This document shows, in pieces, positions 29,842 through 39,447 of a DNA stretch of 64,000 bases. The position numbers and the translations under genes are program-made. The DNA lies in assembly GCA_965261395.1 (NCBI GenBank), contig OZ253462.1, positions 5,504,001 to 5,568,000 of the forward strand, written 5' to 3'. The notes beneath the pieces are model-generated. The model had not been told where the DNA came from, ran no database searches, and worked only from the letters and a program-made list of their open reading frames with translations. This stretch comes from Candidatus Latescibacterota bacterium. Lineage in GTDB: Bacteria > Latescibacterota > UBA2968 > UBA8231. Numbering within the stretch: the first letter of the stretch is position 1; each line of letters starts with the position of its first letter.

Positions 29842-32325
29842 CTAATACGCTACGGAAACGATGCGCGTCTGGGCCTTGCCCGCATGATCGGCTTCGGTCG
29901 AAATGCGCAACATGTATAGGCCCGGAGGCACTATCTGTCCAGCATCGTCGCGACCGTCCCACTGTTGCGAATACCCTCCCGACGACAAACGGAGCTCAAT
30001 GAAGTGCAGGCACCGACCGTTTAAATCGAATATCTCCAGATACACCGGCTTCGGCGTTAGCAGCCGCTGGACGTCAAAAGTCACGACTACTTCGTCGTTG
30101 ACGTCGTCGCCATTAGGCGTAAAAGGATTGGGCGCGACCTTGAAATTGGTCACGAGGTTCTCGCTCTGCGCTGAAATATCGGCGATCACCGCTAGGGAAT
30201 TACGATCTGAGAGCTGGTCCGTCGCGACGAAATCAACCACGTCATTGTCCTCTACTCGCTGTGGCAAGAAAATGGCCAGCGTATCGAGCGCACTCTCGCT
30301 ACCCCCGAGCGCCAAAATGCCGCTCCTGGTAAAGTGTCGCTCTGTTTCTGCACCTAAGGTGTCTAAGAAGACATTGGCAGCGAAGTTGGTGCGGAAGTCG
30401 ATGACCCGACCCTGAAAGCGGACTTTTACCAATGCGTTGCGAACTTGGCCATCCTCGGCTGGGCTGATGGTCGGAAAACCAACGACGAACTGATCGTCGG
30501 CAACGTACAATTCTCGAAACTGACCTTCGCCGATTTTGCCCTCGCCGTCCATTCTTTCCAAGTTCAGGAACTTCCCGTCGCCTAGATCCACTTCCACCCC
30601 CTTAATGGCCTCTGTGCGCGCCGGAGTAAAAACCTGCAAGCGATTAAAGCCGTTGTTCTCGGCCCCTAACCCAGCGTTGAGGACCAGTACAAAGGAGGTG
30701 TCGCGGCCAGCGATCACATCCACGGCCGGAGCAATCTCGCCGAAGACCTGATCCGTGATCTGTGGGGCGGAGTATTCAAAGCGCAAGTTGCTAATAATTG
30801 TGGCCGCCTCAGGCTCCTTGCTCAGAAACTCAACCTCTATCTGAATGAAGGGCCGACCACTTGGCGCGTTGATTAGCTCGCCGTTATTGACCAACTGGAC
30901 ACCACTCCAGAACTCAAGCTCGGGTTCGACGTGACGCCGCTCATTGCCCGGCAGGGCCTTGTACTCGTCGCGGGTAAGCCGCACGCGTTGGCGATCCTCT
31001 GGTAGGGCGGCGCTGAAGAGTTCGCGTGCATCTAGGTTGAGTTCGGGATCGTTCAGGTCCACCCCTTGGCCGAAGGTCCTAGAGCCGAGCCGTTGATCAA
31101 TGATGATCGCTCCTTCCTCTTTCCACTCCACCTCGCGCTCAAAATCGTTGACGCGAAAAAGCACATCCGGCTCGGGATTGACGCCTGTCTGTACGCGCAC
31201 GATAGCGCGCGACCTGTTGGGATCGCCAATTTTTCGCTCGTCCCAGAAGATCCGCCCCAAGGTCGCCGGGGGCAGCGGTAGTGCATTGGAAGTATAAACC
31301 GCTTCAGGAAAAAAACCGTCGGCAAAAAACTCCATTTCAGCCAAGTCGTAATCCAGCGGAGTCTGAAAATCAAAGCGCGCATAGCGCATGTAGGCCTGCG
31401 GATTAAAGGCCACGGCAATGGTGTCTTCCACATTGACCGGTACGCTTGCCTCGGAAACGAAGGTTGGAAAAGTCGAGGCTATCTTAGCGAACGTAGGGAA
31501 CGCCAACTGCCCAATTTTTGGATCGTCGAGACTAAGACCGGCGATTACCTTCTCAGTCCCAGGCAGACCCCTATAAAAGGTATAAGCGGAAACACGCGCG
31601 GGCTCTTCAAGACTGGGATAGAGGCGGAACAAGCTAATTGGAAAGTAGCGTCCCAAGTCAATATAGAGGGACCATATCTGCTTGACGTCCTGCCCGACTC
31701 GGTCGATGCGCTCGAAATGGGTCAGTGGATCGCCATCGAAAACGCGCCCTAGCCCCTCTTGGAGTCGCTGGCCGGTCAAAGTCCTTTCAAAAATGCCGAG
31801 AGTCGTGAGGTTGAGCCCCTTGTTGTACTTGTCGCCGCCGGGAGGGCGGGGAAAAGATTCGGCCACGTTGATCATGGCCTCAATCTCGGCAATGCCAGCC
31901 CGGCGCAATAGCTGGACGGCCTCTAGGCTACGCGGAAAGGAACTCCAGCGAGGGACCAAGACCGTGCCCGCCTTTACAATCGCACCATCGTCGAGTTCGA
32001 TCTCAGTCGGTGCTACTACATCTGCTCTAGTTACATTGAGTGAGAAGGCAAAGAGGGTAGAATCGGTCGCCGCATCCACTTCGTCGGCGGTTAATGCGAG
32101 AGGAATTTCGGGAACGGGCACTACACGCGTTGGCAAGATGGGCCCAATGCCATTCTCATAGCTTTCAAAGTCTATTACTTCAATGAAGCGACTCTCTGAA
32201 AGCGGCCCCTGCTTGGCGTCGACCCAAGTTGTGTTGCCCGGAATGGCGAACAGGCGCAACTCCGCAGCAGCATGTACTACCCAACCTGCCAAAACCAGCG
32301 CGGCGACACAAATCCCAATTCTCAT
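29842..32325 (-). CDS. Large secreted protein with C-terminal FlgD-Ig/T9SS type B-like domain
   Basis: Signal peptide; VFDGDPLT...IDLGRYF; PNPFTPNGDDVND...WDGRD...PPGLY...VAY. Confidence 0.85.
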   Translation of the reverse strand: MRIGICVAALVLAGWVVHAAAELRLFAIPGNTTWVDAKQGPLSESRFIEVIDFESYENGIGPILPTRVVPVPEIPLALTADEVDAATDSTLFAFSLNVTRADVVAPTEIELDDGAIVKAGTVLVPRWSSFPRSLEAVQLLRRAGIAEIEAMINVAESFPRPPGGDKYNKGLNLTTLGIFERTLTGQRLQEGLGRVFDGDPLTHFERIDRVGQDVKQIWSLYIDLGRYFPISLFRLYPSLEEPARVSAYTFYRGLPGTEKVIAGLSLDDPKIGQLAFPTFAKIASTFPTFVSEASVPVNVEDTIAVAFNPQAYMRYARFDFQTPLDYDLAEMEFFADGFFPEAVYTSNALPLPPATLGRIFWDERKIGDPNRSRAIVRVQTGVNPEPDVLFRVNDFEREVEWKEEGAIIIDQRLGSRTFGQGVDLNDPELNLDARELFSAALPEDRQRVRLTRDEYKALPGNERRHVEPELEFWSGVQLVNNGELINAPSGRPFIQIEVEFLSKEPEAATIISNLRFEYSAPQITDQVFGEIAPAVDVIAGRDTSFVLVLNAGLGAENNGFNRLQVFTPARTEAIKGVEVDLGDGKFLNLERMDGEGKIGEGQFRELYVADDQFVVGFPTISPAEDGQVRNALVKVRFQGRVIDFRTNFAANVFLDTLGAETERHFTRSGILALGGSESALDTLAIFLPQRVEDNDVVDFVATDQLSDRNSLAVIADISAQSENLVTNFKVAPNPFTPNGDDVNDEVVVTFDVQRLLTPKPVYLEIFDLNGRCLHFIELRLSSGGYSQQWDGRDDAGQIVPPGLYMLRISTEADHAGKAQTRIVSVAY

Positions 32326-32438
32326 TCCGATTCTCCCCGGTAGAATTTGCGCTGCCCGGATCTCAGCATGGGCAAACTAGGAGCGAGGTATTATAACGCG
32401 AGGAGGATAGCTACCTAAACTATGCGATAGCCACAAGA

Positions 32439-32483
32439 TAATTTTAAGGAGAGGAGGAAGCATTCCCCCTCTCCTTAAAATTA
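32439..32483. terminator. Inverted-repeat hairpin downstream of the 33402..32506 gene
   Basis: TAATTTTAAGGAGAGG...CCTCTCCTTAAAATTA perfect 16-bp arms. Confidence 0.65.
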
Positions 32484-32505
32484 AGAAAACAGCAGGATGC
32501 TACTG

Positions 32506-33402
32506 TTACTCAAACGCGGCCTTGATGCGGCCCCAAGAGTCTTCTTCGACTGCCGTTTCACCAGTTCCGACCAAGCGACCATCGGCGAAGCGCTCGGCAT
32601 AGCGCCAAGTCGCGGCCTGACCAGTCAAGGTGTGAAAAGCGCGGTAGTTGCTCGGCTCGATATCCATGTCTGGAATCGAAATTTGGAAGCCAATGATCTT
32701 GCCGTCGAAGAGAGGCGACGGAACGCTGTCATCCGGGCTGTTCCAGATCAGGTCGTCGAAAGGCGTGACGAAGAATTCAAGGGCTGTAACCGTCGGTCCG
32801 TCGCCGACCGAACCGCCACCGCCATCGGCGTAGGGCAGCGAGTTGACCCACTCGGTGCCTTTGCCCAGATAGCCAACATGACGGCCGTCAGGAGTATCGC
32901 CGATAGCCACATACTGCTGAGCCGTGCGGTTGTTGTTCAGGTCCTTCTCTTCGTCGGTCCAGTTCTCATCGGCCGAACCAGTATAATCGCCACCGGTGTG
33001 GTCGCCATCAAGCATGAACTCAATGGAGTCTTGCCTCCACAAGCTACCCAAGTCACCGCCAGCGTATTCGTTGATGTACGTATTGTCGATGCGCTCCATA
33101 CCCAGCCAGATGGTGCCGGCATTGCCGTTCCAACCCAGCCAAATGCGATAATCTAGGTCCGCCGGATCGTACTGGGCACCCTCGCCCACGGTCGGATCCG
33201 CAAAGAAATCAGTAGCGATCAGCGAAGGGTCACCAATTACATCTTCCCAGTCGGCTATGCTGGCATCGCGCAGATCAATATCAGCCAGATCAGCTTCGGG
33301 GAGCTCAAAGAGCAGGTAAACCTGTTCGCCAATATGCGCACTGGCACCGCTCGTCAGGCCCAATATCAGGCCCATAGCGACAAGGCCATATAGACGTTTC
33401 AT
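32506..33402 (-). CDS. Secreted DOMON/CBM9-like protein with C-terminal SWGRIK motif (paralog of 6778..7758)
   Basis: AAGGAG RBS; signal peptide ending ASA; LGWN, DSIEFMLDGDHTGG, PFD and G.IIGF blocks shared with the paralog. Confidence 0.75.
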   Translation of the reverse strand: MKRLYGLVAMGLILGLTSGASAHIGEQVYLLFELPEADLADIDLRDASIADWEDVIGDPSLIATDFFADPTVGEGAQYDPADLDYRIWLGWNGNAGTIWLGMERIDNTYINEYAGGDLGSLWRQDSIEFMLDGDHTGGDYTGSADENWTDEEKDLNNNRTAQQYVAIGDTPDGRHVGYLGKGTEWVNSLPYADGGGGSVGDGPTVTALEFFVTPFDDLIWNSPDDSVPSPLFDGKIIGFQISIPDMDIEPSNYRAFHTLTGQAATWRYAERFADGRLVGTGETAVEEDSWGRIKAAFE

Positions 33403-33611
33403 AAGCTGCAACTCCTTCCAATATCCCTTATCGGGAGTGTGGTGGTGTTTGGGGTAACAACCTTTTCGGCTCAATCTGCGTAGTAGCATGGGCTATCGCT
33501 TATTGCCTCCGTAGGTCTGTCTTCCCCTCGTAGAAAGCTACGCCCACTAGCAATCGACATCCGACCTTCCCGACCAGTCGGAGCCGCTGTAGAGGGCCTT
33601 TTATTCGGCGT

Positions 33612-33640
33612 AATATAGGATATTCGCCACTATGTTGCAA
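33612..33640 (-). promoter_or_regulatory. sigma70-type promoter upstream of the 33402 gene
   Basis: Minus strand TTGCAA-N17-TATATT. Confidence 0.6.
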
Positions 33641-33701
33641 GTATTTACACTCTGCAGGGATCGGTCAGTAAGCAGGACGCACTTATTGAGAATCTCCGGC
33701 G

Positions 33702-34643
33702 CTATCTATCGTCATTACTGTCTCCGGTGTTACTATCTCCGGCGCTTTCTTCAGCACTGTCGTCAGCACTGTCGTCAGCACTGTCGTCAGCACTGTCGTC
33801 AGCGCTTTCTTCGTCCTTATCTTCCCGAAAGCGAATCTGCTTTATGTCGTGCATACCAATCGCAAACGGACTCGAACCCATAACGCCCGTAAAGGCCCGG
33901 TTGACGCGCTCGAAATAGCTCCTGTCGGTCTCGCCCGAGAGGCGAACTATGCTCGCCTCGACCGTGCCCATAACGCTTTTTCCCGACCAATAGGTTGCCG
34001 TTATCGGCCTGAACTCGTCGCCCGTCCCGCCGTCCTCAAAGTCGATTCGCTCTACTTTGTTTAGGGGGATAAAGCGCTTGTCGCGGCCCCTAAAAAAGTC
34101 GAGCCGCTGCTTGCCGTGAAAGCGCAAGTTTTCCACCTCAAAACGCCTGCCGTTTGTCGTAATGATCGTGGCCTTAAGGATCTTTTCTTCAGGCGGCTCC
34201 TCGCCAACGGGATGGCGCAAGACAATCTCTTGCACATCGCTGGCGAGGATGAAGAACGGCCCCAACTCGGTCACCCCAGCGAAGCGACGCCCACTACTTC
34301 CACCGCCAACGGCGTCTTGGTGGGGCGAAGAAGAGCCGCCCGTCACCATCAAGCCCGCTTCTTGGCCGCCATTCCGGAATACGAGCACGACGCGCTGTTC
34401 CTCATCGCTGCGCTCCCCTTCAAAGCGCAACCGAGCCACCTTGACCAGTTCCACCAACCGACGCTGTCCTTGGACGTAGATTGCCAAATCCTGACGCCCT
34501 TGAAAGGTGAACTTATCTACTTGGTGCTGGTTGCCGTAGCGATCGATAATAGTCGCCTTGAGAGGAGAAGTAGCAGCTCCACTGGCCGACACCCATAGCG
34601 CGGCCAAGAGTGCAGCTCCACCCCATAGTCCTTTGCGCTTCAT
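33702..34643 (-). CDS. Secreted hypothetical protein with two-fold internal domain repeat and acidic tail
   Basis: Signal peptide; LKATII...G...V..(F/L).F.G unit occurs twice. Confidence 0.75.
   Translation of the reverse strand: MKRKGLWGGAALLAALWVSASGAATSPLKATIIDRYGNQHQVDKFTFQGRQDLAIYVQGQRRLVELVKVARLRFEGERSDEEQRVVLVFRNGGQEAGLMVTGGSSSPHQDAVGGGSSGRRFAGVTELGPFFILASDVQEIVLRHPVGEEPPEEKILKATIITTNGRRFEVENLRFHGKQRLDFFRGRDKRFIPLNKVERIDFEDGGTGDEFRPITATYWSGKSVMGTVEASIVRLSGETDRSYFERVNRAFTGVMGSSPFAIGMHDIKQIRFREDKDEESADDSADDSADDSADDSAEESAGDSNTGDSNDDR
33751..33803. repeat. 12-bp tandem repeat (TCAGCACTGTCG) x4 plus a partial unit
   Basis: Seen directly; encodes (DDSA)n. Confidence 0.95.
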
Positions 34644-34663
34644 GGTATTGCTCCGCGATAAGC

Positions 34664-35362
34664 CTAAGGCTGTGCGTCCCCTTCGCCTCCGCTTTCGCCC
34701 GGTTGTGCCGGCGAGGGGGGCGGTCCGATGAGAATGTTCTGGGTCCGTCCCATGCTCACCTGCACGGGCCTGATTTCGTCCGTACCAGTGGGAGAATTTT
34801 CAATTCGAATCTTGTACTCTCCCACCGGCACGATAAAGTAGCGCACCTCTGTCGAGGTCATCCCCCGGCCCAGCATAGTCCGCAAATTGTAGTCAAAGAT
34901 TAGAAAAGGTACCTGACTGCGGCCTTGGGCATCGGAAAAAATGACCTGAAAACGGCCGATGGGTATGGTCGCGTACATTTCCTGCCCCATCAGGACTTCG
35001 ACTTCCTTCTCGACGCTGTCGTCGATATCCGTATTGACCACAACCCGATAACTGCCAGGATCCAGATCGACGAATTGCGGCAGGGAGCGGTAGCCCGTTT
35101 CGTATCCTATGGGCGAACTCGCGGCCATGCGCGGCGACTCCGAGTGGACCTCCTCGCCGGTCTCTTCGTCGAGTACGTAGTAATTTACTTCGTTGATCCC
35201 TCCCATCTCCAACATGAGCCGCCCCTGGCCCTCGGGAATGGGCGGCAGCCCATAGCCACCGCCGCTGCCTCCAGTGGTGGTGGCGCAGCCAGCTACAACA
35301 GCCGCTAGAGCACCGACCAGAAGCCACTTTCGCATCTGTGTATATTCGACTTTCGACGCCAT
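34664..35362 (-). CDS. Hypothetical lipoprotein with two small beta-sandwich repeats
   Basis: AAGGAGG RBS; lipobox VAGC; DPGSYRVVV and PVGEYKIRI repeats; Pro-rich tail. Confidence 0.7.
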   Translation of the reverse strand: MASKVEYTQMRKWLLVGALAAVVAGCATTTGGSGGGYGLPPIPEGQGRLMLEMGGINEVNYYVLDEETGEEVHSESPRMAASSPIGYETGYRSLPQFVDLDPGSYRVVVNTDIDDSVEKEVEVLMGQEMYATIPIGRFQVIFSDAQGRSQVPFLIFDYNLRTMLGRGMTSTEVRYFIVPVGEYKIRIENSPTGTDEIRPVQVSMGRTQNILIGPPPSPAQPGESGGEGDAQP

Positions 35363-35467
35363 CTTTCCCTCCTTGTGACGAGCTGTGGAAAACGGACTTA
35401 ACTGCCTAAGAGCCCAAGATGGTGGACATAAGGTGAACATAATATATAGGCTCTCTGCCGCTGTCAA

Positions 35468-37078
35468 CTACTCGTCGCGGCCGGAGAGAGATACGAGAAT
35501 GAAGTGCCGATCCTCTCTTGGCTGCCGGGTGACGAAGCGCATAAACTCGGCTTTGTCGTGCCACTGGCGCGGGTGCGCCGAAGGGGTCGTCACGCCCCGG
35601 CGCAAGAGATCTTGCCAAAAAGGCTCGTTTTCCACGGCGAAGCCAGCCGCGACCAGAAAATAGTCTGCGCCCTCGGCCGCGAGGCTGTCGAGCCGCTCTG
35701 GAGCAAACTCGGGCGGGGCTATTTGCCATCCCTTGCGATGGCAGTAATAGAGCAAACTCGGGCTTTGCGATCGGTGGGGCACTCCGGTATTTTCGTCCTC
35801 GTCGCCGATGACCAGCAGCGCATCCTGCGGCAACTTGGCATCGATTATCTGGCCCACCAAGTGGCAGCTTTGGTAGTAGTTGTGCCAATTGTTGGGCTGT
35901 GCATAATACGGCCTAACCGCCCAAGCACTGTAGGCGGCGACCCCGACGATCAGGGTACATAACAAAACGACGCGCCAGCGGTGTTTCCAGTTCCGCGCGA
36001 ACCGACACCAGCCCGCCGATGCGGCATCTGCCCCGATAATGGCTTCGAGCGCCCGTCCAGCCAGCAGGGCCCCAACCGGGGCAAAGGGTAGCAGGTAGTA
36101 ATGCAATCGGCGGTTACCCTCGGGGATGACAAAGACATAGAGCACCAGCCCTCCCATCCACACCCAGAGCGTCCACTCGCGCCGTTGGGTAGGAGCTAGG
36201 GCGAGTCCAGCCAAAACTAGGACCGCCCCCACAGGCGTATAGACCCTATGCCAGAAGCGCTCCAAAATCGTCAAGTAGAAATCAACCGTAAAGAGCAGGC
36301 TGCGGTCCCATTTGTCATAGCCGTAGCGATTCCAGATGCCAAACGTCAGGCCGGTCTCCTCAAAGAGCAGGCTGGCATGCCAGTACCAGAATACGGCGGG
36401 TGCCAAGGCTAGCACGAGGTAGAGCCAAAGCACGGGCTTGAGGGCGAAGCGCCACCCCCATCGAACCCAAGCTAAGGCGACCAGTGGAAAGCCGAGATAG
36501 AGGGTAGGTATTTTGACGAGGAAACACAGGGCGGCCAAAAGGGTAGCCAGCGCAAAGTCCCATCGGCGACCGCTGTCAATCCACCGCGCGAAAGCCCAAA
36601 GCGACCCCACGCTCAAGAGGACCATCAGCGCCTCGGGCATAAAGGTGCGCCCGTAGTAGATGCTCATGGGAAAAAGCAGATAGAGCAGGGCAGCCAACAG
36701 CGCGCCCGGCCTCCCCATGCCCAATCGCAGGCCCAGCCAATAGAGCAGCGCCGCCGCCGCCGTCGAGCACAGCGCCGCCACGAGCCGCCCGAGCCATTCA
36801 TAGGAGCCGTCGGCGACGGCGTAGAGCAGGGCAACGACGAAGGGGTATAGAGGAAAATTCGTCTCCACATACCCAGGGGTGGTACCGCGCCAATCAACGC
36901 GCGGATAGAAGAGCGAATAGCCCTCTTCGTAAAAATTGCGGGCTATGGCGGCCGTGTCCGTCTGGCGCCAAGCCTGCTTGTCGGTCAGGGGATCTTGCAG
37001 GTTTACAAACCGCAGGGCCAACCCCAGGGCGAGGACAATATAGAGGTAAGAAACGCCCGTAGCCCCCTTCGTTTGCAT
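35468..37078 (-). CDS. ArnT/GT39-like GT-C glycosyltransferase
   Basis: WRQTDTAAIARNF, E.NFPLY and YYGRTFMPE motifs; multi-TM. Confidence 0.85.
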   Translation of the reverse strand: MQTKGATGVSYLYIVLALGLALRFVNLQDPLTDKQAWRQTDTAAIARNFYEEGYSLFYPRVDWRGTTPGYVETNFPLYPFVVALLYAVADGSYEWLGRLVAALCSTAAAALLYWLGLRLGMGRPGALLAALLYLLFPMSIYYGRTFMPEALMVLLSVGSLWAFARWIDSGRRWDFALATLLAALCFLVKIPTLYLGFPLVALAWVRWGWRFALKPVLWLYLVLALAPAVFWYWHASLLFEETGLTFGIWNRYGYDKWDRSLLFTVDFYLTILERFWHRVYTPVGAVLVLAGLALAPTQRREWTLWVWMGGLVLYVFVIPEGNRRLHYYLLPFAPVGALLAGRALEAIIGADAASAGWCRFARNWKHRWRVVLLCTLIVGVAAYSAWAVRPYYAQPNNWHNYYQSCHLVGQIIDAKLPQDALLVIGDEDENTGVPHRSQSPSLLYYCHRKGWQIAPPEFAPERLDSLAAEGADYFLVAAGFAVENEPFWQDLLRRGVTTPSAHPRQWHDKAEFMRFVTRQPREDRHFILVSLSGRDE

Positions 37079-37084
37079 GTCAGA

Positions 37085-38260
37085 TCAGTAGGGGCGCCAG
37101 CTCGGCGACATATCGTCGCGGTCGTCGTTGTCGGTCAGATTGATGGGCATCAGCGGCGGCGCGTCCATCTCGTCCAAATCAAATCCGGCCGTTCCGATCA
37201 AGTAAATGTCGTATTCGTCGCCGCCCATCTTGCCCGCATAAGCTATGCCCTTGCCGTCGGGCGACCAGACGGGCTCTTGCTCGTAGGTCTCCTCGGCAAT
37301 CGAGATTCGGGTCTGCCCTTGGCCATCGGCCCGCATGAGCATCAGCTCTTGGCCGCCAAATTCCTCCGAGTTGTAAACCAAGTAGTCGCCCTTTGGAGAA
37401 AATGACGCGAACATGTCGAGCTTGCGCCGATTCTCGGTGAGGCGAGTCCGATTCGACCCGTCGAGATCGATGAGATAGATCTCGTCGTTGTCGTCGAAGG
37501 CCGAAGAAGTAAAGGCGATGCGGCGGCCGTCGGGCGAAAACGAAGGCTGGCCGCCTTGGACCAACTTCCGCGGGTTGGCCCCGTCGGCGTCCATGAGCCA
37601 GATGGCCACATCGCCGTCGCGCTGGCTGCCGAAGGCGATCGTCTCGCCGTCGGGCGAAAAAACGCCGCGCTGGTCGCGCTCGGGATGTTCGGTTAGGCGC
37701 ACGACATTAGCGCTATCGGCGTCCATGACGTAGAGGTCGATGTTGGTCATCACATCGCCGCGGGTGAAGAGGATTTTCTTGCCGTCGGGCGACCAAGAGG
37801 GATGCTGCTCGGGCTCGCGGGTGTGAGTTAGCTGCTGGCGCTCACTGCCATCGGCCTTGATGGTAAACAAGTCCCAGTTGCGGACGTTTTTCTTGGTTGA
37901 AGCGTAGAGGATCGTGCCCTCGCGTTTGAAAGCGGCATTGCTGCCAGCGGGAATGTCGAAAATCGCCTCGTAGGTCCGCACGCCCCACAGCGGCGGCGAT
38001 TCCACTTGCAAGACCTTATTCTCCATATAATTCCCCGCGGCGACATTGACTGCGTACGCGCCACCGCCCAATTCGATCTTACTGTCCGGCTCGGGCAAGA
38101 CGTAGATTCCAGCTTTGACCAAGTGATTAAATTTGTATTGGACGTCATTGGCGTCCAAGCGCACCAACTGGCCGTCACCACCCCTGATCTCGACTTTAAC
38201 TTGGTTCGAGCCACATCCTGCGATAGCGACGGCTAAAACCAATACAGATAGCTTGAGCAT
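37085..38260 (-). CDS. TolB-like beta-propeller (PD40 repeat) lipoprotein
   Basis: Lipobox IAGC; repeated P.(W/F)SPDG..I.F and IY(L/V)MD.DG units. Confidence 0.88.
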   Translation of the reverse strand: MLKLSVLVLAVAIAGCGSNQVKVEIRGGDGQLVRLDANDVQYKFNHLVKAGIYVLPEPDSKIELGGGAYAVNVAAGNYMENKVLQVESPPLWGVRTYEAIFDIPAGSNAAFKREGTILYASTKKNVRNWDLFTIKADGSERQQLTHTREPEQHPSWSPDGKKILFTRGDVMTNIDLYVMDADSANVVRLTEHPERDQRGVFSPDGETIAFGSQRDGDVAIWLMDADGANPRKLVQGGQPSFSPDGRRIAFTSSAFDDNDEIYLIDLDGSNRTRLTENRRKLDMFASFSPKGDYLVYNSEEFGGQELMLMRADGQGQTRISIAEETYEQEPVWSPDGKGIAYAGKMGGDEYDIYLIGTAGFDLDEMDAPPLMPINLTDNDDRDDMSPSWRPY

Positions 38261-38296
38261 GTATTCTCCTTACTGAATTATTGTACACTCGGCTGA

Positions 38297-38980
38297 TCAG
38301 GCTAGACCACTGAGTATCCGCAAGCGCTTGCCGAGATGATCCATCAACTCGTTGATATTGGTGAAGGAATCCGCGTAGAGCGGTTCGTCAACCCGAAAGT
38401 ACACCCGAGCCCCAGGCCGAGTGTAACTTTCGTATTCTAGGCCAATGGGGATCAGCGGCACGCGCATCCCCCATCGTTTCTCTGCCTGTACCAGATGCTC
38501 TATCACTTCCTTTTTCAGCGGCCCCAACTCGTCCCGGTAGCGCGTGCCCTCTGGATGCGACACGACCAGTTCTCCGTGGCGGTAGAGCCTGTCTAAGTAA
38601 TCCTGCATTTGTTGGTTGGCCGCACGGGCACGGGCGATTTCGGCGCGGCGTTGTTGCCGGTCCGCGATCCGCCTGACATCTTTGGGGCGCACTACCTTGA
38701 GCCCCCCGCACCACTCCGAGACTCCCCACACGCCGACCTTCATAATGTAGGTAGCATAGCGTCGGGCGATTCTGTACAGCAAGACTCCTTCGACGAGGGG
38801 GTCGCGATAGGCGCAATGCTTGGGCAAGAGCAAGCCAGGTCCCTCGCGCGGCAGGTGGTGCCCGCCCTCGACGGAGAGGCGGTAATAGCTCAAGGCACCT
38901 GCCGCGAGTAAGCGAGCACCGCAGGCGAGGGCATCCACGCGCTTGAGGGAAAAGTCTTTATGCTCAGGCTCTGCGGACAT
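38297..38980 (-). CDS. PlsC-like lysophospholipid acyltransferase
   Basis: HX4D (HCAYRD) and HPEGTR motifs. Confidence 0.85.
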   Translation of the reverse strand: MSAEPEHKDFSLKRVDALACGARLLAAGALSYYRLSVEGGHHLPREGPGLLLPKHCAYRDPLVEGVLLYRIARRYATYIMKVGVWGVSEWCGGLKVVRPKDVRRIADRQQRRAEIARARAANQQMQDYLDRLYRHGELVVSHPEGTRYRDELGPLKKEVIEHLVQAEKRWGMRVPLIPIGLEYESYTRPGARVYFRVDEPLYADSFTNINELMDHLGKRLRILSGLA

Positions 38981-38984
38981 GACC

Positions 38985-39440
38985 CTACCTGAACAAGTCC
39001 TTTACCTTGCCCCAGGTGCTTTCGTCCACTTCTGTAGACAGGGGTTGCAACAGATCTTGACCCGGGCCGGCCAAGCGCAAAGTGCCCTCGGGATCTATGG
39101 TTGCGAAATAATCTCCGTCGGCGTCCAGCCGCGCTTTGATATACGCGGGTACCTCTGGGGACTGCGCGGCCATAGCGGCCGACCACAGGGTCAGGCCCTC
39201 GGCCATCGCTAGCACTTGTCCGTCGCGGACAATGGCGACAAACCGCTGCTCGGCATCCTGCGCGCGCAACTGCCGCCATAGCTGTAAAACCCGCTGGCGC
39301 TGTGGGGCCCTATCGGGCGAGAAGACGTAGAATACGCGGCTGTCTTCCGGCAGGGCCTGAATCTCGCTGCTGCCCGCTCCACGCGCTGCGACCAGCAGCA
39401 GGACCAAGCTCGTCGTCCATGTCGTTCGTAGTGCGTTCAT
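38985..39440 (-). CDS. Small exported protein with C-terminal TWGKVK motif
   Basis: Signal peptide-like N-terminus; ends STEVDESTWGKVKDLFR. Confidence 0.7.
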   Translation of the reverse strand: MNALRTTWTTSLVLLLVAARGAGSSEIQALPEDSRVFYVFSPDRAPQRQRVLQLWRQLRAQDAEQRFVAIVRDGQVLAMAEGLTLWSAAMAAQSPEVPAYIKARLDADGDYFATIDPEGTLRLAGPGQDLLQPLSTEVDESTWGKVKDLFR

Positions 39441-39447
39441 ATCGACC

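Noticed and set aside
33751-33803. Possible phase-variation switch
   Set aside because: The 12-bp unit keeps the reading frame and lies in a low-complexity tail.
37085-38260. Canonical Tol-Pal operon
   Set aside because: There is no pal and no adjacent tolQRA; the TolB-like gene is ~35 kb from exbBD.
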